Shown: positions 19,233 through 29,315 of the stretch, piece after piece
Layout of the letters: each line of letters starts with the position of its first letter
Position numbering within the stretch: position 1 is the stretch's first letter
Assembly: GCA_035559535.1 (NCBI GenBank)
Contig: DATMBG010000048.1
Location: 1 to 35,230 of the forward strand
DNA length: 35,230 nucleotides
Direction: 5' to 3'
DNA from: Candidatus Limnocylindrales bacterium
GTDB taxonomy: Bacteria > Moduliflexota > Moduliflexia > Moduliflexales > JAUQPW01
The notes under the pieces: model-generated
Databases searched by the model: none
Told to the model about the DNA's origin: nothing
What the model saw: only the letters and a program-made list of their open reading frames with translations
Position numbers and translations under genes: made by a program

Positions 19233-19982
19233 ATGGATCTCCTCTCAGCCTTTGACATAAGTCGGGGAGAAGTGGTTTCCGTAGTGGGAAGTGGAGGAAA
19301 AACCACTTTAATTACAGAATTGGCCCATCAACTTACCAGGAAAGGCCTCAAGGTCTTGAGCACGAGTACCACCCATGCCCAGAAACCCACATCTTATCAA
19401 ACGGAAAAATGGTTGATTGCGGAGGAGGAAACGGACCTCCTGGCCGCCATTCAAAAGCATTTTAAATCCTATCACCACATCACCGTACTCGGGCAGTATA
19501 TCCGTAAAGATAAGTTGAAGGGCTTAGACCCTGCGCTGGTGTGTAAGTTAAACAGTTACCGTCTGGCAGATGTTGTCTTGGTTCATGCCGATGGGGCTCG
19601 AAAGAAATCGTTTAAGGCTCCCAGGGAAGATGAACCGATCATACCGGCCTGTAGTACCCGTTGTATTCTGGTCGTGGGAAGTGATATTATTGGAAAGACC
19701 CTCAACGAGGAAAATGTTCACCGCCCGGAAATGGTGACCCACTTTACTTCTTTACAGATGGGTGAAACGATCACGACCGATACCATCGTTCAGATCGTCA
19801 ATCACCCTCAAACCTACTTCTGTAAGGTCCCGCCCGGGTGTCCGCTTATTCTCTATCTCAGCAAAGTGGGAAATCCCCAACGACAGCAATGGGCTGAGGA
19901 AATCAGATCTAAAGTTGACAAAACCAAAATTGCCAAGGTCGTGTGGGGGGACCTTCACCTGATCCCGAACTCTGAACCATGA
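19233..19982 (+). CDS. yqeC: Selenium-dependent hydroxylase accessory protein YqeC
   Basis: VVSVVGSGGKTT, STTH, ADGARKKSFKAP..EPIIP and VHRPE. Confidence 0.85.
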   Translation: MDLLSAFDISRGEVVSVVGSGGKTTLITELAHQLTRKGLKVLSTSTTHAQKPTSYQTEKWLIAEEETDLLAAIQKHFKSYHHITVLGQYIRKDKLKGLDPALVCKLNSYRLADVVLVHADGARKKSFKAPREDEPIIPACSTRCILVVGSDIIGKTLNEENVHRPEMVTHFTSLQMGETITTDTIVQIVNHPQTYFCKVPPGCPLILYLSKVGNPQRQQWAEEIRSKVDKTKIAKVVWGDLHLIPNSEP

Positions 19983-20044
19983 ACCATGGGCAGGCAGGAG
20001 TTGTTTATGGTTCATGCTTTCAGATAAAAAGGAGGGTAGACAGA

Positions 20045-21211
20045 ATGAAAAGAAATATCGGTAAAGCTTCATTAGGATTTCTTTCTGGAGTTTTAGGGTT
20101 GGTGTTCACCCTTCAGGTTTCGGCTCAAGTCATTATTTCCGGCAATGATAGCAAAGCCCAGATCCAAAATGGTAAACTAGTTGTGGTTCCAGAAGGAGAA
20201 CAGAATATTTCCATCATCGACCTCAAGGGACCTGCTCCGGTTGTAAAGGCCACACTGCCCATGATAAATAGCATCTTCGGTCCTCCTACCAATATTGCCA
20301 TTGCCCCGGATGAAAGTATCGCCCTTATTGCCGAGGCTATGAAACTGGGAGAAGTGGAAGGAAAACCCGGGTTTGTGCCCAGCAATCTGATTCATATTGT
20401 CGATTTGCAGGCGGATCCACCCAAGGAGATCGGAACGGTGACCGTAGGAAAGCAACCCTCGGGTCTGTCCATTTCACCCAAAGGAGATATAGCCCTGGTT
20501 GCCAATCGGGCCGAGACCACCCTTTCTATTTTGAGTATTCGAGGTAAAGAGGTCAGCGTAGTCGGTACGGTGGACGTAGGGGATAATCCCACCCATGTAG
20601 TCTTTACTCCCGATGGTAAAAGAGCTTTGGCCACCAAGGCGTTGAAAAACCTGGTTGCTCTCTTAACGGTGGATGGGACGAATGTAACCTACACCAAGCG
20701 GGATCTCCCCTCTGGAATTTATCCTTATAATATCGATGTAACACCGGATGGGAAACTGGCCCTTGTAGCAAATACAGGGGCTATGGGCCGATCGGATGGA
20801 AATGTGGATACCATCACCATCATCGATCTGGAAGCAGATCCCCCTCGGGTCATTGACCATGTAGTCGTAGGGGATGCGCCTGAAGGGATTGCCGTCAGTC
20901 CTACCGGAAAAATAGCCATCGCCGCGCTTCTTAACGGGAGTGATGCACCTTCCGATGCTTTCTTTTATAACAAACGGGGTCGAATCGTAGTACTAGGGAT
21001 TGAGGGTAAGAAAGTGACCCGTTTAGAAGACATTGAGCTGGGGGGAGTTACCGAAGCTCTTGCTTTTAGCCCAGACGGTAAATGGCTTTTGGTCGGTAAT
21101 CTGCTGGATAAAGATATCTCGGTGCTGAAAGTCGAGGGGACCAAAGTAACAGATACCAAAGCAAATATAGCCTTGACGGCCGGTCCGGGTGCCATGCGGG
21201 GAAGAAGATAG
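20045..21211 (+). CDS. Exported YVTN/YncE-type beta-propeller protein
   Basis: Signal peptide and repeated P..I.(F/I)(S/T)PDGK.ALV blades. ATG 20045 follows RBS AGGAGG. Confidence 0.85.
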   Translation: MKRNIGKASLGFLSGVLGLVFTLQVSAQVIISGNDSKAQIQNGKLVVVPEGEQNISIIDLKGPAPVVKATLPMINSIFGPPTNIAIAPDESIALIAEAMKLGEVEGKPGFVPSNLIHIVDLQADPPKEIGTVTVGKQPSGLSISPKGDIALVANRAETTLSILSIRGKEVSVVGTVDVGDNPTHVVFTPDGKRALATKALKNLVALLTVDGTNVTYTKRDLPSGIYPYNIDVTPDGKLALVANTGAMGRSDGNVDTITIIDLEADPPRVIDHVVVGDAPEGIAVSPTGKIAIAALLNGSDAPSDAFFYNKRGRIVVLGIEGKKVTRLEDIELGGVTEALAFSPDGKWLLVGNLLDKDISVLKVEGTKVTDTKANIALTAGPGAMRGRR

Positions 21212-21386
21212 CCGGGCTGATTGTACAAAATCTCCTTTCCCTTTGAGCCTGCAAGGGTATCTTTTTTATTTCGAGCTATAACCCTGAGTCGGGCGGAAGG
21301 ATCAAGCTTGTTAAGCTTCATAAGAGCGACCTGTATCTCATCCAACCAGGCAGGTTGCCCGTATAGGGCTTAACCGGGTAAAAACC

Positions 21387-24224
21387 ATGGACCTTAACCA
21401 ATCCCATAAGATGCTATTTCAAGCCATCATCAATGACAAATCCATTCAGCTAGAAGTGGATCCCCAGAGAACCCTTTTAGATATTTTACGAGAAGACCTG
21501 GATCTGACGGGAGCTAAAAAGGCCTGTGATATCGGTACATGCGGATCCTGTACCGTTATCATGAATGGAAAAGGGATACTGGCCTGCATTACCCCTGCCG
21601 AGCGGGCCCATGGAAAGAGTATTCAAACCATTGAAGGAATTAGCCAGAATGGGAAACTACATCCTCTCCAAGAGGCGTTTATCAAAGGTCATGGCTTCCA
21701 ATGTGGAATCTGTACTCCGGGCTTTATCATGGCTGCCAAGGCCTTACTGGATAAAAACCCAAATCCGACCGATCAGCAGATCAAAACGGCCCTTAAAACC
21801 AATATTTGCCGATGTACGGGTTACCAACAGCTTATTGAGTCAGTGAAGCTGGCTGCAGGCCAGTTGAAAGAAGAAGATATCAAAGCCAGAGAAACCGACA
21901 AATTCCGGATTGCACGGTATACCGATGAAGAAGACCAACATCTTCCCTGGGCTCGGCGAGAATTCAAGATTATCGGTAAGCCTCAACCCCGTATTGAAAG
22001 TGAATCTCGGGTAACGGGGAAGGCCAAATATACGGCCGATTATAAAATTCCCGGCATGATCTGGGGAGTTACCGTTCGAAGCACCTATACCCATGCCCGC
22101 ATTTTAAATATAGATACTTCTTCAGCGGAGCAAATGGCCGGGGTTTACCGGGTTTTGACCTGGAAAGATGTTCCCGGAGAAAATGCCTATGGAAAGAAAA
22201 TTCGAGATCAGCAGGTCTTTGCCAGGGAGAAGGTACGCTACTACGGAGAGCCTATCGCCCTGGTTGTGGCAGAAACCAAAAAGATCGCAGAAGAAGCTGC
22301 CCGACTCGTTAAAATCGACTACGAGATTTTACCCGGCGTATACGACCCAGAAGAAGCCATGAAACCCGATGCCCCTCAGGTCCATGAGAAAGGAAATATC
22401 CTTTCCCATTATCACCTGGAAAAAGGGGATATTGCCAAAGGGTTCGCCGAAGCCGAGGTTATTATCGAGCGAAAGTACACGACTCAACCCCAGGACCATT
22501 CCCCTCTGGAATCTGAAGCCGCCCTGGCCTATTATGGAGAAGATGGTAAGCTAACCGTTATCTCTCCGGGTCAGAGTGTCTTTTTTGATCGGCTGAATAT
22601 TATTCGGGCCCTGGGTATTCCCAAAGAAGATGTCCGCTGTATCCAGGCGGCCATTGGGGCTGCTTATGGAAAACGAGAAGCCATCTACGCCCAGATCCAT
22701 GCTGCGCTGGCCACTTTTTTAACCGGAAAGCCGGTTAAGATAGAATATTCCCGTGAAGAGACCATGCTGGTTACGACCAAACGGACCCAACTCCGTACCT
22801 ACCTGAAAACCGGAGTCAAGAAAACCGGTGAAATTGTAGCTTTAGAAGCCCGAATTATTGGAGATGCGGGGGCCTATGCCTCCTGGTCCCTCAACATCAT
22901 GCGGAAAGCGGGCGTTTTGGTCAGTGGTCCCTATGAAATTCCTCATATCAAGGTGGATTCTTATGCTGTTTATACCAATAACCCCATCACGTGTGCCACC
23001 CGGGGATTTGGTGCTGCAGAGACCGAATTCTGTACCGAATCCCATGTAGATGAAATGGCCCATGCTATCGGGATGGATCCCATGGAGTTTCGATTAAAGA
23101 ATGTACTGCGACGTGGCTCTAAGACCTCGACGGATTTTCAGTTAGATTTCTATATTCCGGCCACAGATACTATCCTCGAAGCCGATAAAAACTTCCACTG
23201 GAAGGAAAAGAAAAGCCTGCCTAAGGTGGTTTCAGACGATATTCGTCGGGGGGTTGGGATGGCAACCATCTGGTATGGGATTGGCTTCGGTTCCGGTATA
23301 GAAGATACAACCGATGTTATTGTTGAATTGAACGAGGATGGAACAGCAACGGTTTATGTCGGGACGGTAGACTATGGGAACGGTTCGAATACGACTTTTG
23401 CAATGTTAACGGCTGAGATGTTGGGACTTTCGCTGGATAAAGTTAACATTGTCAACGGAGACTCAGATCGTACGAAAAATTGTGGTTCTACGGTGGCAAC
23501 CAAACAGACCTATACCACGGGAAATGCGGTTGTTGTTGCCTGTATTCCCCTGCGTAAGGACATTTTTTCCATTGCCTCAAAACTTCTAAATATTCCAGAA
23601 GAAGAAGTAGATATTGGGTTCAATGAAGCCTATTCCATGAAAGATCCAGATAAAAAGATCCCCATGACCTTCCTTGCCAAACAGTTTCGTCAATTTGGGA
23701 AACCTCGTCGACGGGAAGGGCTTTTTCATCATCAGAAATTGACTACTCCCCTGGATCCTAAAACAGGGACTGGAAAAGCCTGGTTCCCGATTGCCTTTGG
23801 AACCCAAATGGCCGAAGTCGAAGTAAATGTAAAAACGGGTAAAGTCAAAGTTCTTAAGATAGTAGCAGCTCACCATGTCGGTCGGGTTCTAAATCCCCAG
23901 TCGGTTCGAGGGCAGATTGTAGGAGGTATTTCTTTTGGCTGGGGTTTTGCGCTCTGTGAGGATGCCAATTACCAGAACGGTATCCCCCAGAACCTGAACT
24001 ATGATAAATATAAACTCATGCGGTCCACCGATTATCCCGATATCGAAGTGATTGCCCTGGAAAAGGATGAGAAAAGTGGTCCCTTTGGGGCAATCGGAAT
24101 CGGCGAACCTCCTACCATTCCGGTCGCACCCGCTATTGCCAACGCCGTTTATGATGCTATCGGAGTTCGAGTCTACGACTTACCTATTACTCCGGAGAAG
24201 GTACGTTCTTTGTTACCCCTTTAA
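21387..24224 (+). CDS. Xanthine oxidase-family molybdenum hydroxylase with fused 2x[2Fe-2S] and molybdopterin domains
   Basis: CDIGTCGSC, QCGICTPG, CRCTGY, RGFG, GQIVGG and GIGEP (catalytic Glu). Confidence 0.92.
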   Translation: MDLNQSHKMLFQAIINDKSIQLEVDPQRTLLDILREDLDLTGAKKACDIGTCGSCTVIMNGKGILACITPAERAHGKSIQTIEGISQNGKLHPLQEAFIKGHGFQCGICTPGFIMAAKALLDKNPNPTDQQIKTALKTNICRCTGYQQLIESVKLAAGQLKEEDIKARETDKFRIARYTDEEDQHLPWARREFKIIGKPQPRIESESRVTGKAKYTADYKIPGMIWGVTVRSTYTHARILNIDTSSAEQMAGVYRVLTWKDVPGENAYGKKIRDQQVFAREKVRYYGEPIALVVAETKKIAEEAARLVKIDYEILPGVYDPEEAMKPDAPQVHEKGNILSHYHLEKGDIAKGFAEAEVIIERKYTTQPQDHSPLESEAALAYYGEDGKLTVISPGQSVFFDRLNIIRALGIPKEDVRCIQAAIGAAYGKREAIYAQIHAALATFLTGKPVKIEYSREETMLVTTKRTQLRTYLKTGVKKTGEIVALEARIIGDAGAYASWSLNIMRKAGVLVSGPYEIPHIKVDSYAVYTNNPITCATRGFGAAETEFCTESHVDEMAHAIGMDPMEFRLKNVLRRGSKTSTDFQLDFYIPATDTILEADKNFHWKEKKSLPKVVSDDIRRGVGMATIWYGIGFGSGIEDTTDVIVELNEDGTATVYVGTVDYGNGSNTTFAMLTAEMLGLSLDKVNIVNGDSDRTKNCGSTVATKQTYTTGNAVVVACIPLRKDIFSIASKLLNIPEEEVDIGFNEAYSMKDPDKKIPMTFLAKQFRQFGKPRRREGLFHHQKLTTPLDPKTGTGKAWFPIAFGTQMAEVEVNVKTGKVKVLKIVAAHHVGRVLNPQSVRGQIVGGISFGWGFALCEDANYQNGIPQNLNYDKYKLMRSTDYPDIEVIALEKDEKSGPFGAIGIGEPPTIPVAPAIANAVYDAIGVRVYDLPITPEKVRSLLPL

Positions 24225-24269
24225 TCTTTTCCCACTTCCAGAACAGGAACCGGGTGGCCTGTGCTAATC

Positions 24270-24296
24270 CTCTCCTTCCCTCATAGGGAAGGAGAG
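24270..24296. terminator. Hairpin between convergent genes (terminator or REP-like)
   Basis: CTCTCCTTCCCT-CAT-AGGGAAGGAGAG, a perfect 12-bp stem with no T-tract. Confidence 0.5.
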
Positions 24297-24404
24297 TTGG
24301 AGCGGCCTGGTTTAAAAGATACTCCTAAAAGAGTTTGGGAAGAAGGCCTGTTTATAAGCAACTCCTCAAAATCTATTCCTGAAAGCAGGGGTTACCTCCT
24401 GGTT

Positions 24405-25433
24405 TTAGATGCTTAGGACTAAACGTCCAACGGTTTTCCGATCCTGTAAAAGTTGATGGGCTTCGGATGCTTTCTCTAAAGGGAGGGTATGGGAAACGAT
24501 GGAGCGTATTTTTCTCTGCCGGACCAGATCAATAACCTCTACAAGTTCTTCCCGTGTTACAGCATAAGAACCAATAAGCTCTATTTCCTTGAGGATTACG
24601 AGCCCTGGATTAACCAAAACCGGGGCGGTAATGACATTTCCTAGAAATACTAATTTACCCGAGGGGGCCAGACAACGAAGACTGGATTCAAACGAGGCAC
24701 TCCCTACGATCTCCACAACTATGTCTGCACCGCGCCCTTTGGTAAGGGCTTTGACTTCCTTTGTAAACTGAAGGTCCGGACTATAAATCACCTCATCAGC
24801 TCCTGCTTCCCAAATCTTGTCTATTTTCTCTTTAGAACTGGTTATCGCCAGCACACGACCACCACAGAGTTTAGCAACCTGAACAGCATGGAGTCCTACA
24901 CCTCCTCCCGCACCGGTGATGACGACCTGATCCCCTAAGGAGATTTTAGCTCTGGTTTTGAAGGCATGCAGGCTGGTACCAATAGCACAGGCGAGAATAG
25001 AAGCCTCTTCAAAAGAAATTTCATTGGGGATTTTACATAGGCTACTCATTTTGATTTTTATATACTCCGCATAACCCCCGTCTATTTCTTCGCCAAGAAA
25101 TCCTGGACCTTCCCGGCATAAGCTTTCCCGACCGGTCCTGCAATAGGTACAACTGCCGCATAAAACCCGCTGGATGGCTGTGACTCTATCCCCAGGAGAA
25201 AAGTCTTTAACATGACTTCCCACTTCAACGACTTCACCGGCAATTTCATGCCCCAAAATAATCGGTAACCTGGTTCTGGGGATCTTACCCGACCGGTTTA
25301 GAAGATCATGATAACAAACTCCACAGGCCTTTACTCTTACTAAAACCTCATCGAATGAAATTTTTGGAATTTCAACCTCTTCTAGCTTTAAATTCTCGAT
25401 TCCACCAAATCCCTTCAGTCGAATGGCCTTCAT
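24405..25433 (-). CDS. Zinc-dependent MDR alcohol dehydrogenase/reductase
   Basis: CGVCYHD, GHE, C-x2-C-x2-C-x7-C and GAGGGVG. Confidence 0.93.
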   Translation of the reverse strand: MKAIRLKGFGGIENLKLEEVEIPKISFDEVLVRVKACGVCYHDLLNRSGKIPRTRLPIILGHEIAGEVVEVGSHVKDFSPGDRVTAIQRVLCGSCTYCRTGRESLCREGPGFLGEEIDGGYAEYIKIKMSSLCKIPNEISFEEASILACAIGTSLHAFKTRAKISLGDQVVITGAGGGVGLHAVQVAKLCGGRVLAITSSKEKIDKIWEAGADEVIYSPDLQFTKEVKALTKGRGADIVVEIVGSASFESSLRCLAPSGKLVFLGNVITAPVLVNPGLVILKEIELIGSYAVTREELVEVIDLVRQRKIRSIVSHTLPLEKASEAHQLLQDRKTVGRLVLSI

Positions 25434-25446
25434 ATCAGATAAAATA

Positions 25447-25593
25447 TAAAACGTAAGTAACTATTCGGTCCTGCAAACGGTTGGTCACAAAGATACTCAG
25501 ACAGACTCGACGGGATTCTAAAACAACATTTTGGACTGCTGGACCCTCCGGATTCGAGTCTTTTGATGGATTGAATAGTTTACTTACGTTTTA
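25447..25593. mobile_element. MITE-like inverted-repeat element
   Basis: TAAAACGTAAGTAACTATTCGGTCC ... GGATTGAATAGTTTACTTACGTTTTA, with an inner GACTCGA/TCGAGTC repeat. No ORF. Confidence 0.5.
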
Positions 25594-25607
25594 CCTTTTA
25601 GAGGTTT

Positions 25608-26225
25608 TTATTTTTGATTAATGCATTGGACCAGCTGCCAATAATTGAACAGGTTAATTTTTCTCCGATAACTAATCTTCAGGTTCGTGATAGCCATCAG
25701 CTTTTCCACATCTAAATCGGTTTTAAATCCAATTTTATCACAAAGGGGAGAAATCAGTTCTTCAAATTTAGCCAGAATCCTGTTCTGGCTTTTGAAATGA
25801 TTTAAGAAAAGAAGCTTTCCTCCTTTTTTGCAAACCCGCTTCATTTCCAGGATCACTTTCACAGGATCAGGAACCACACTCACGACATGGGCTGCTATAA
25901 CCGTATCGAAGCTATTATCCTCAAAATCCATATTACCTGCATCCATTTTTTCAAGAACGACATTATCAAGCTGATGTTTTTCTACCTTCTTCTGAGCTTT
26001 TTTTAGCATTTCTGCAGACAAATCAATCCCTACGACCTGACAATTATCAGGATACAAAGGAAGGGAAAGTCCTGTTCCTACCCCTACTTCCAAAATTCTA
26101 TCACCAGGTTGAATATCCATGATCTCAATGGCAGCCTTCTGACCCGGATGCAAAAGTTTTCCCCAAAACAGATCGTAGATGTTAGACCATTTGGAATATG
26201 TTTTTTCTACATAAGCGATATCCAT
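25608..26225 (-). CDS. Class I SAM methyltransferase, PmtA-like (phospholipid N-methyltransferase)
   Basis: ILEVGVGTGLSLPLYP, VVSVVPDP and LNHF. Confidence 0.85.
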   Translation of the reverse strand: MDIAYVEKTYSKWSNIYDLFWGKLLHPGQKAAIEIMDIQPGDRILEVGVGTGLSLPLYPDNCQVVGIDLSAEMLKKAQKKVEKHQLDNVVLEKMDAGNMDFEDNSFDTVIAAHVVSVVPDPVKVILEMKRVCKKGGKLLFLNHFKSQNRILAKFEELISPLCDKIGFKTDLDVEKLMAITNLKISYRRKINLFNYWQLVQCINQK

Positions 26226-26399
26226 GAGCTCTTCTCCTAATTTAATAAGGCTTAAATTTTACTCCTCACTGACCTTAATAAGACCTTACGAAGAGATATC
26301 AATTAGAATAGACAAAAAAATTAATAAAGGAATAACATGGAAAAAAATAGGGAATTTTAGAGAAAAGTCAATGAAAAAAAAAGAGAGAATTTTAGAGAA

Positions 26400-26556
26400 G
26401 TAACTGTAACAATTTAGTAGATGTCACTTTTTCTGTCTGAACACCCCCCTGGTCCCCCTCCAGGGGGGATTCAACAGCAGTAACCCTATGTCAGTCCCCC
26501 CTGGAGGGGGGCCAGGGGGGTGTTTCTTTTTCCACCTACTAAATGGATACGGATAC
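26400..26556. mobile_element. MITE-like element with 9-bp target-site duplication
   Basis: Imperfect 24-bp TIRs (19/24 match), flanking TTTAGAGAA at 26391-26399 and 26557-26565, and an internal GC-rich inverted repeat of about 30 bp. Confidence 0.7.
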
Positions 26557-26587
26557 TTTAGAGAAAAGAAGAGTTTCAGGTAAAAAT

Positions 26588-27490
26588 CTAACGACAGATC
26601 CCTTTTTCATTACATTTCTCCAGTTGCGGGCTTTCTATTTGAATCGTGATATGGTTAATCCCAAATTTTTCTTTAACCCTTGCGGCCAGGGTTTCTATGA
26701 CTTTTGAAGCAGCCTGAGGTTCGATCGTTTCTCCAAGTACAATATGGGCACTTAAAGCTTCGATTCCCGAGGTAATGGTCCATATGTGCAGGTCATGGAC
26801 AGCTGTAACCCCCGGCACCTTAAGCATCTCTTGCTCCACGGCCGACACATCAATATGAGTTGGAGTACCTTCCAGTAGGACATTTATCGTCTGGGTTAAT
26901 AATTTCCACGTGCGGGGTAAGATAAATAGTCCGATTAGCATACTAAAAATCGGATCGGCATAGTACCAGCCGGTCTTCCACATAATTAACCCTGCCACAA
27001 TGACTCCCATAGAGCCAAGTAGATCGCTTACTACCTCGAGAAACGCACCTTGCACGTTTAAGCTCTCTTTGGCTCCTTCGCGTAAGTTCCAAATTCCTAT
27101 AAGATTCACTAAAAGGCCAAGGGTAGCAACAACAAGCATGGGCAGGCTGGCGACTTTAGGAGGAGCTTGAAAACGTTGATAAGCCTCATACAAGATGTAG
27201 AACGAGAGTAACAGGAGCCCTAAGGCGTTTATAAGTGCTGCAAGAATTTCAACCCGGTAATAACCATAGGTTTTAGCTGGAGTCGCAGGTTTTTGAGACA
27301 TCCAGGCAGCAAATAATGCAAGCGCTAATCCACCTACATCGGCCAGCATATGCCCGGCATCTGCTAAGAGGGCAAGGCTGTTGGTAAGAATTCCACCTAT
27401 TATCTCAATCAGAGAATAAAGCAGGGTAAGGCCAAAGGTAATTAACAAGGCACGACGATTTCGGGATGTGGCAGATAACAGTCTTTCCAT
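26588..27490 (-). CDS. czcD: Cation diffusion facilitator (CzcD/ZitB-like)
   Basis: SLALLADAGHMLAD, TYGYYRVEILAA, HDLHIW and HITIQIE. Confidence 0.92.
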   Translation of the reverse strand: MERLLSATSRNRRALLITFGLTLLYSLIEIIGGILTNSLALLADAGHMLADVGGLALALFAAWMSQKPATPAKTYGYYRVEILAALINALGLLLLSFYILYEAYQRFQAPPKVASLPMLVVATLGLLVNLIGIWNLREGAKESLNVQGAFLEVVSDLLGSMGVIVAGLIMWKTGWYYADPIFSMLIGLFILPRTWKLLTQTINVLLEGTPTHIDVSAVEQEMLKVPGVTAVHDLHIWTITSGIEALSAHIVLGETIEPQAASKVIETLAARVKEKFGINHITIQIESPQLEKCNEKGICR

Positions 27491-27560
27491 ACCTCTTCAA
27501 ATTAAAGCCTTATCCCTGTATTTGTCTAATCAGCCGGAAAATCTAAACGGATTGACCCTG

Positions 27561-28772
27561 TTAATCTTCTTGTTTCTCTAAAAGTTGCCGAATCAATCTC
27601 TGTACGCTACGTAACGTAAGGATTTCACGGCAACATTCCAAATCAATGAGGTTAAACTTACGGGATCGGGTTAGATCGTCAACCAACAGATAGACTTCAT
27701 AGCCTGTATAATCCCCTATATAAATACAGTAATCGATTCCAATTTTTGGAGTTGTACAGGCAATGTAAGAACCGGAGCGTACATCTTTGGATTGGGATAA
27801 ATATTGATGAAGTGGATAATACTCCGGAGGTAGATGAGGGGTATTAAGATCTATTTCTACCTCATCATATCGCTTCACGGGTTTCGCAGACCGATAATCC
27901 CCAATAAATTGACACAGCTTATTCTCCTGCTGGGAGAAGTAAAATAAGCCGACCCGATCCACCATTAAAATATATTTAACTTTTCCCAGGACAAACTTTA
28001 ATTTTCTCCGGACTGGTAAATGGCGTAGCGTCTTAACCAAAGCTTCTTCTACTAACTGCCGTGTACTCTCGTTAAGAGCTTTTTTCTGTGGGAAAAGCAC
28101 ATGTCCCGTAAAGGTATAGGTTCCCGTTCCTTTATGATATTGAATAAACATTTTCTGGAGATAGGCACTGTCATAGTCCCGAAGGGCCACCCGCAGATTA
28201 TTGATAATGGTCGGCACCGATACACGACTTCCGACATACTGACGAATGGCCTCTTTACTAAGAGCTTTTCCCCGGTTTCGAACCAGCATTCGTAGCACAG
28301 CGGCTGCCATAGCTCGCCGATCCCCTTTACCGGCAAAAATTTCCTGATTCTTATAACGGAAAGTACCCGTTAAGAAATCAAAGTGATACTCCGTCGAGAT
28401 GGATAATATTCGGTTTTGCTCCACCAGTCTTATCACCCGATAGGATACCTCTTCCAGATCCAGAGCATTATCCGGTGAAATCATAAAATCAAAGAGGGTA
28501 TTCTCCCGTGAGAGAAGAGAAAGAATCTGAGAATGTTTGTCTGTGAGGATGAAGAGGGCCGGAAGACCGATAACTTCTAAATTTTCATATAGATCTACTT
28601 GATCCTTAATTACAGCCAAATAAACTTCCTTCATCTGATCATTAAAAGTAAGTAAGGTGGTACGCTCGGTGACAACTGTAGTTAGATAACCCATCTGCTG
28701 TAATCCTGATACCAGCGGGTCTTCCTCCATCACACCGTAACAGGCAATTTTTATCCTAGGTAATTTCGCCAA
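27561..28772 (-). CDS. Atypical regulator: degenerate receiver-like, OmpR-type winged HTH and GAF-like domains
   Basis: wHTH-like segment VLRMLVRNRGKALSKEAI..IINNLRVAL..GTYTF and GAF-like VDRVGLFYF..FNLIDLE. TTG start uncertain. Confidence 0.6.
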   Translation of the reverse strand: MAKLPRIKIACYGVMEEDPLVSGLQQMGYLTTVVTERTTLLTFNDQMKEVYLAVIKDQVDLYENLEVIGLPALFILTDKHSQILSLLSRENTLFDFMISPDNALDLEEVSYRVIRLVEQNRILSISTEYHFDFLTGTFRYKNQEIFAGKGDRRAMAAAVLRMLVRNRGKALSKEAIRQYVGSRVSVPTIINNLRVALRDYDSAYLQKMFIQYHKGTGTYTFTGHVLFPQKKALNESTRQLVEEALVKTLRHLPVRRKLKFVLGKVKYILMVDRVGLFYFSQQENKLCQFIGDYRSAKPVKRYDEVEIDLNTPHLPPEYYPLHQYLSQSKDVRSGSYIACTTPKIGIDYCIYIGDYTGYEVYLLVDDLTRSRKFNLIDLECCREILTLRSVQRLIRQLLEKQED

Positions 28773-29315
28773 TTTTTAATCAGTCCGTTCTGTAACCAAA
28801 ATAGCTCACAAGGATTAGCTGTCCTCGAGCTTTTTGAACGGGGATAACCGCTCCTCGATAAATAAAGCTCTGAACACTCCCATAGGGATCGGTTTCAAAT
28901 TTGTTTCCAGGCTCCTATGAAAGGGATGGCAGAAATCTTATCTTATCGCTTACTTAGCCAGGATATTCTTAAAAAAAATTTGGGGAAAATTCCAACCTCT
29001 AAAATGGTTTATTTTCTCTTAATATTTGAGAATGAAATCTTTTCTTCCAAAAAAGAGATTTAAACGGGAAAAGATTCAGGGTAAAGTTTATCCTATTGGA
29101 TTATAATCTCTTTTTTTTATTGACGTTTTTTCCTCCTTTAATAAAAATCTACCTGATATTCTACCTGTCAAGTTGATTTTTAACCGTGGTATTTATCTCA
29201 AATTTATTTCATAACCCAGATAAGGTAACCTTCTCTCGTTTTTAAGACCTGATGAATAGAATTCGATCTTCTGGTAGCGACGGAGAAGGGAAAAGCAGCA
29301 TGTCTTCTTGAATAA

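Noticed and set aside
21215-21386. Moco riboswitch upstream of the molybdoenzyme
   Set aside because: Hairpins are present but there is no recognisable consensus.
29200-29315. Metal or fluoride riboswitch, or hammerhead, before cadD (CTGATGA)
   Set aside because: The remaining conserved elements and pairings were not found.
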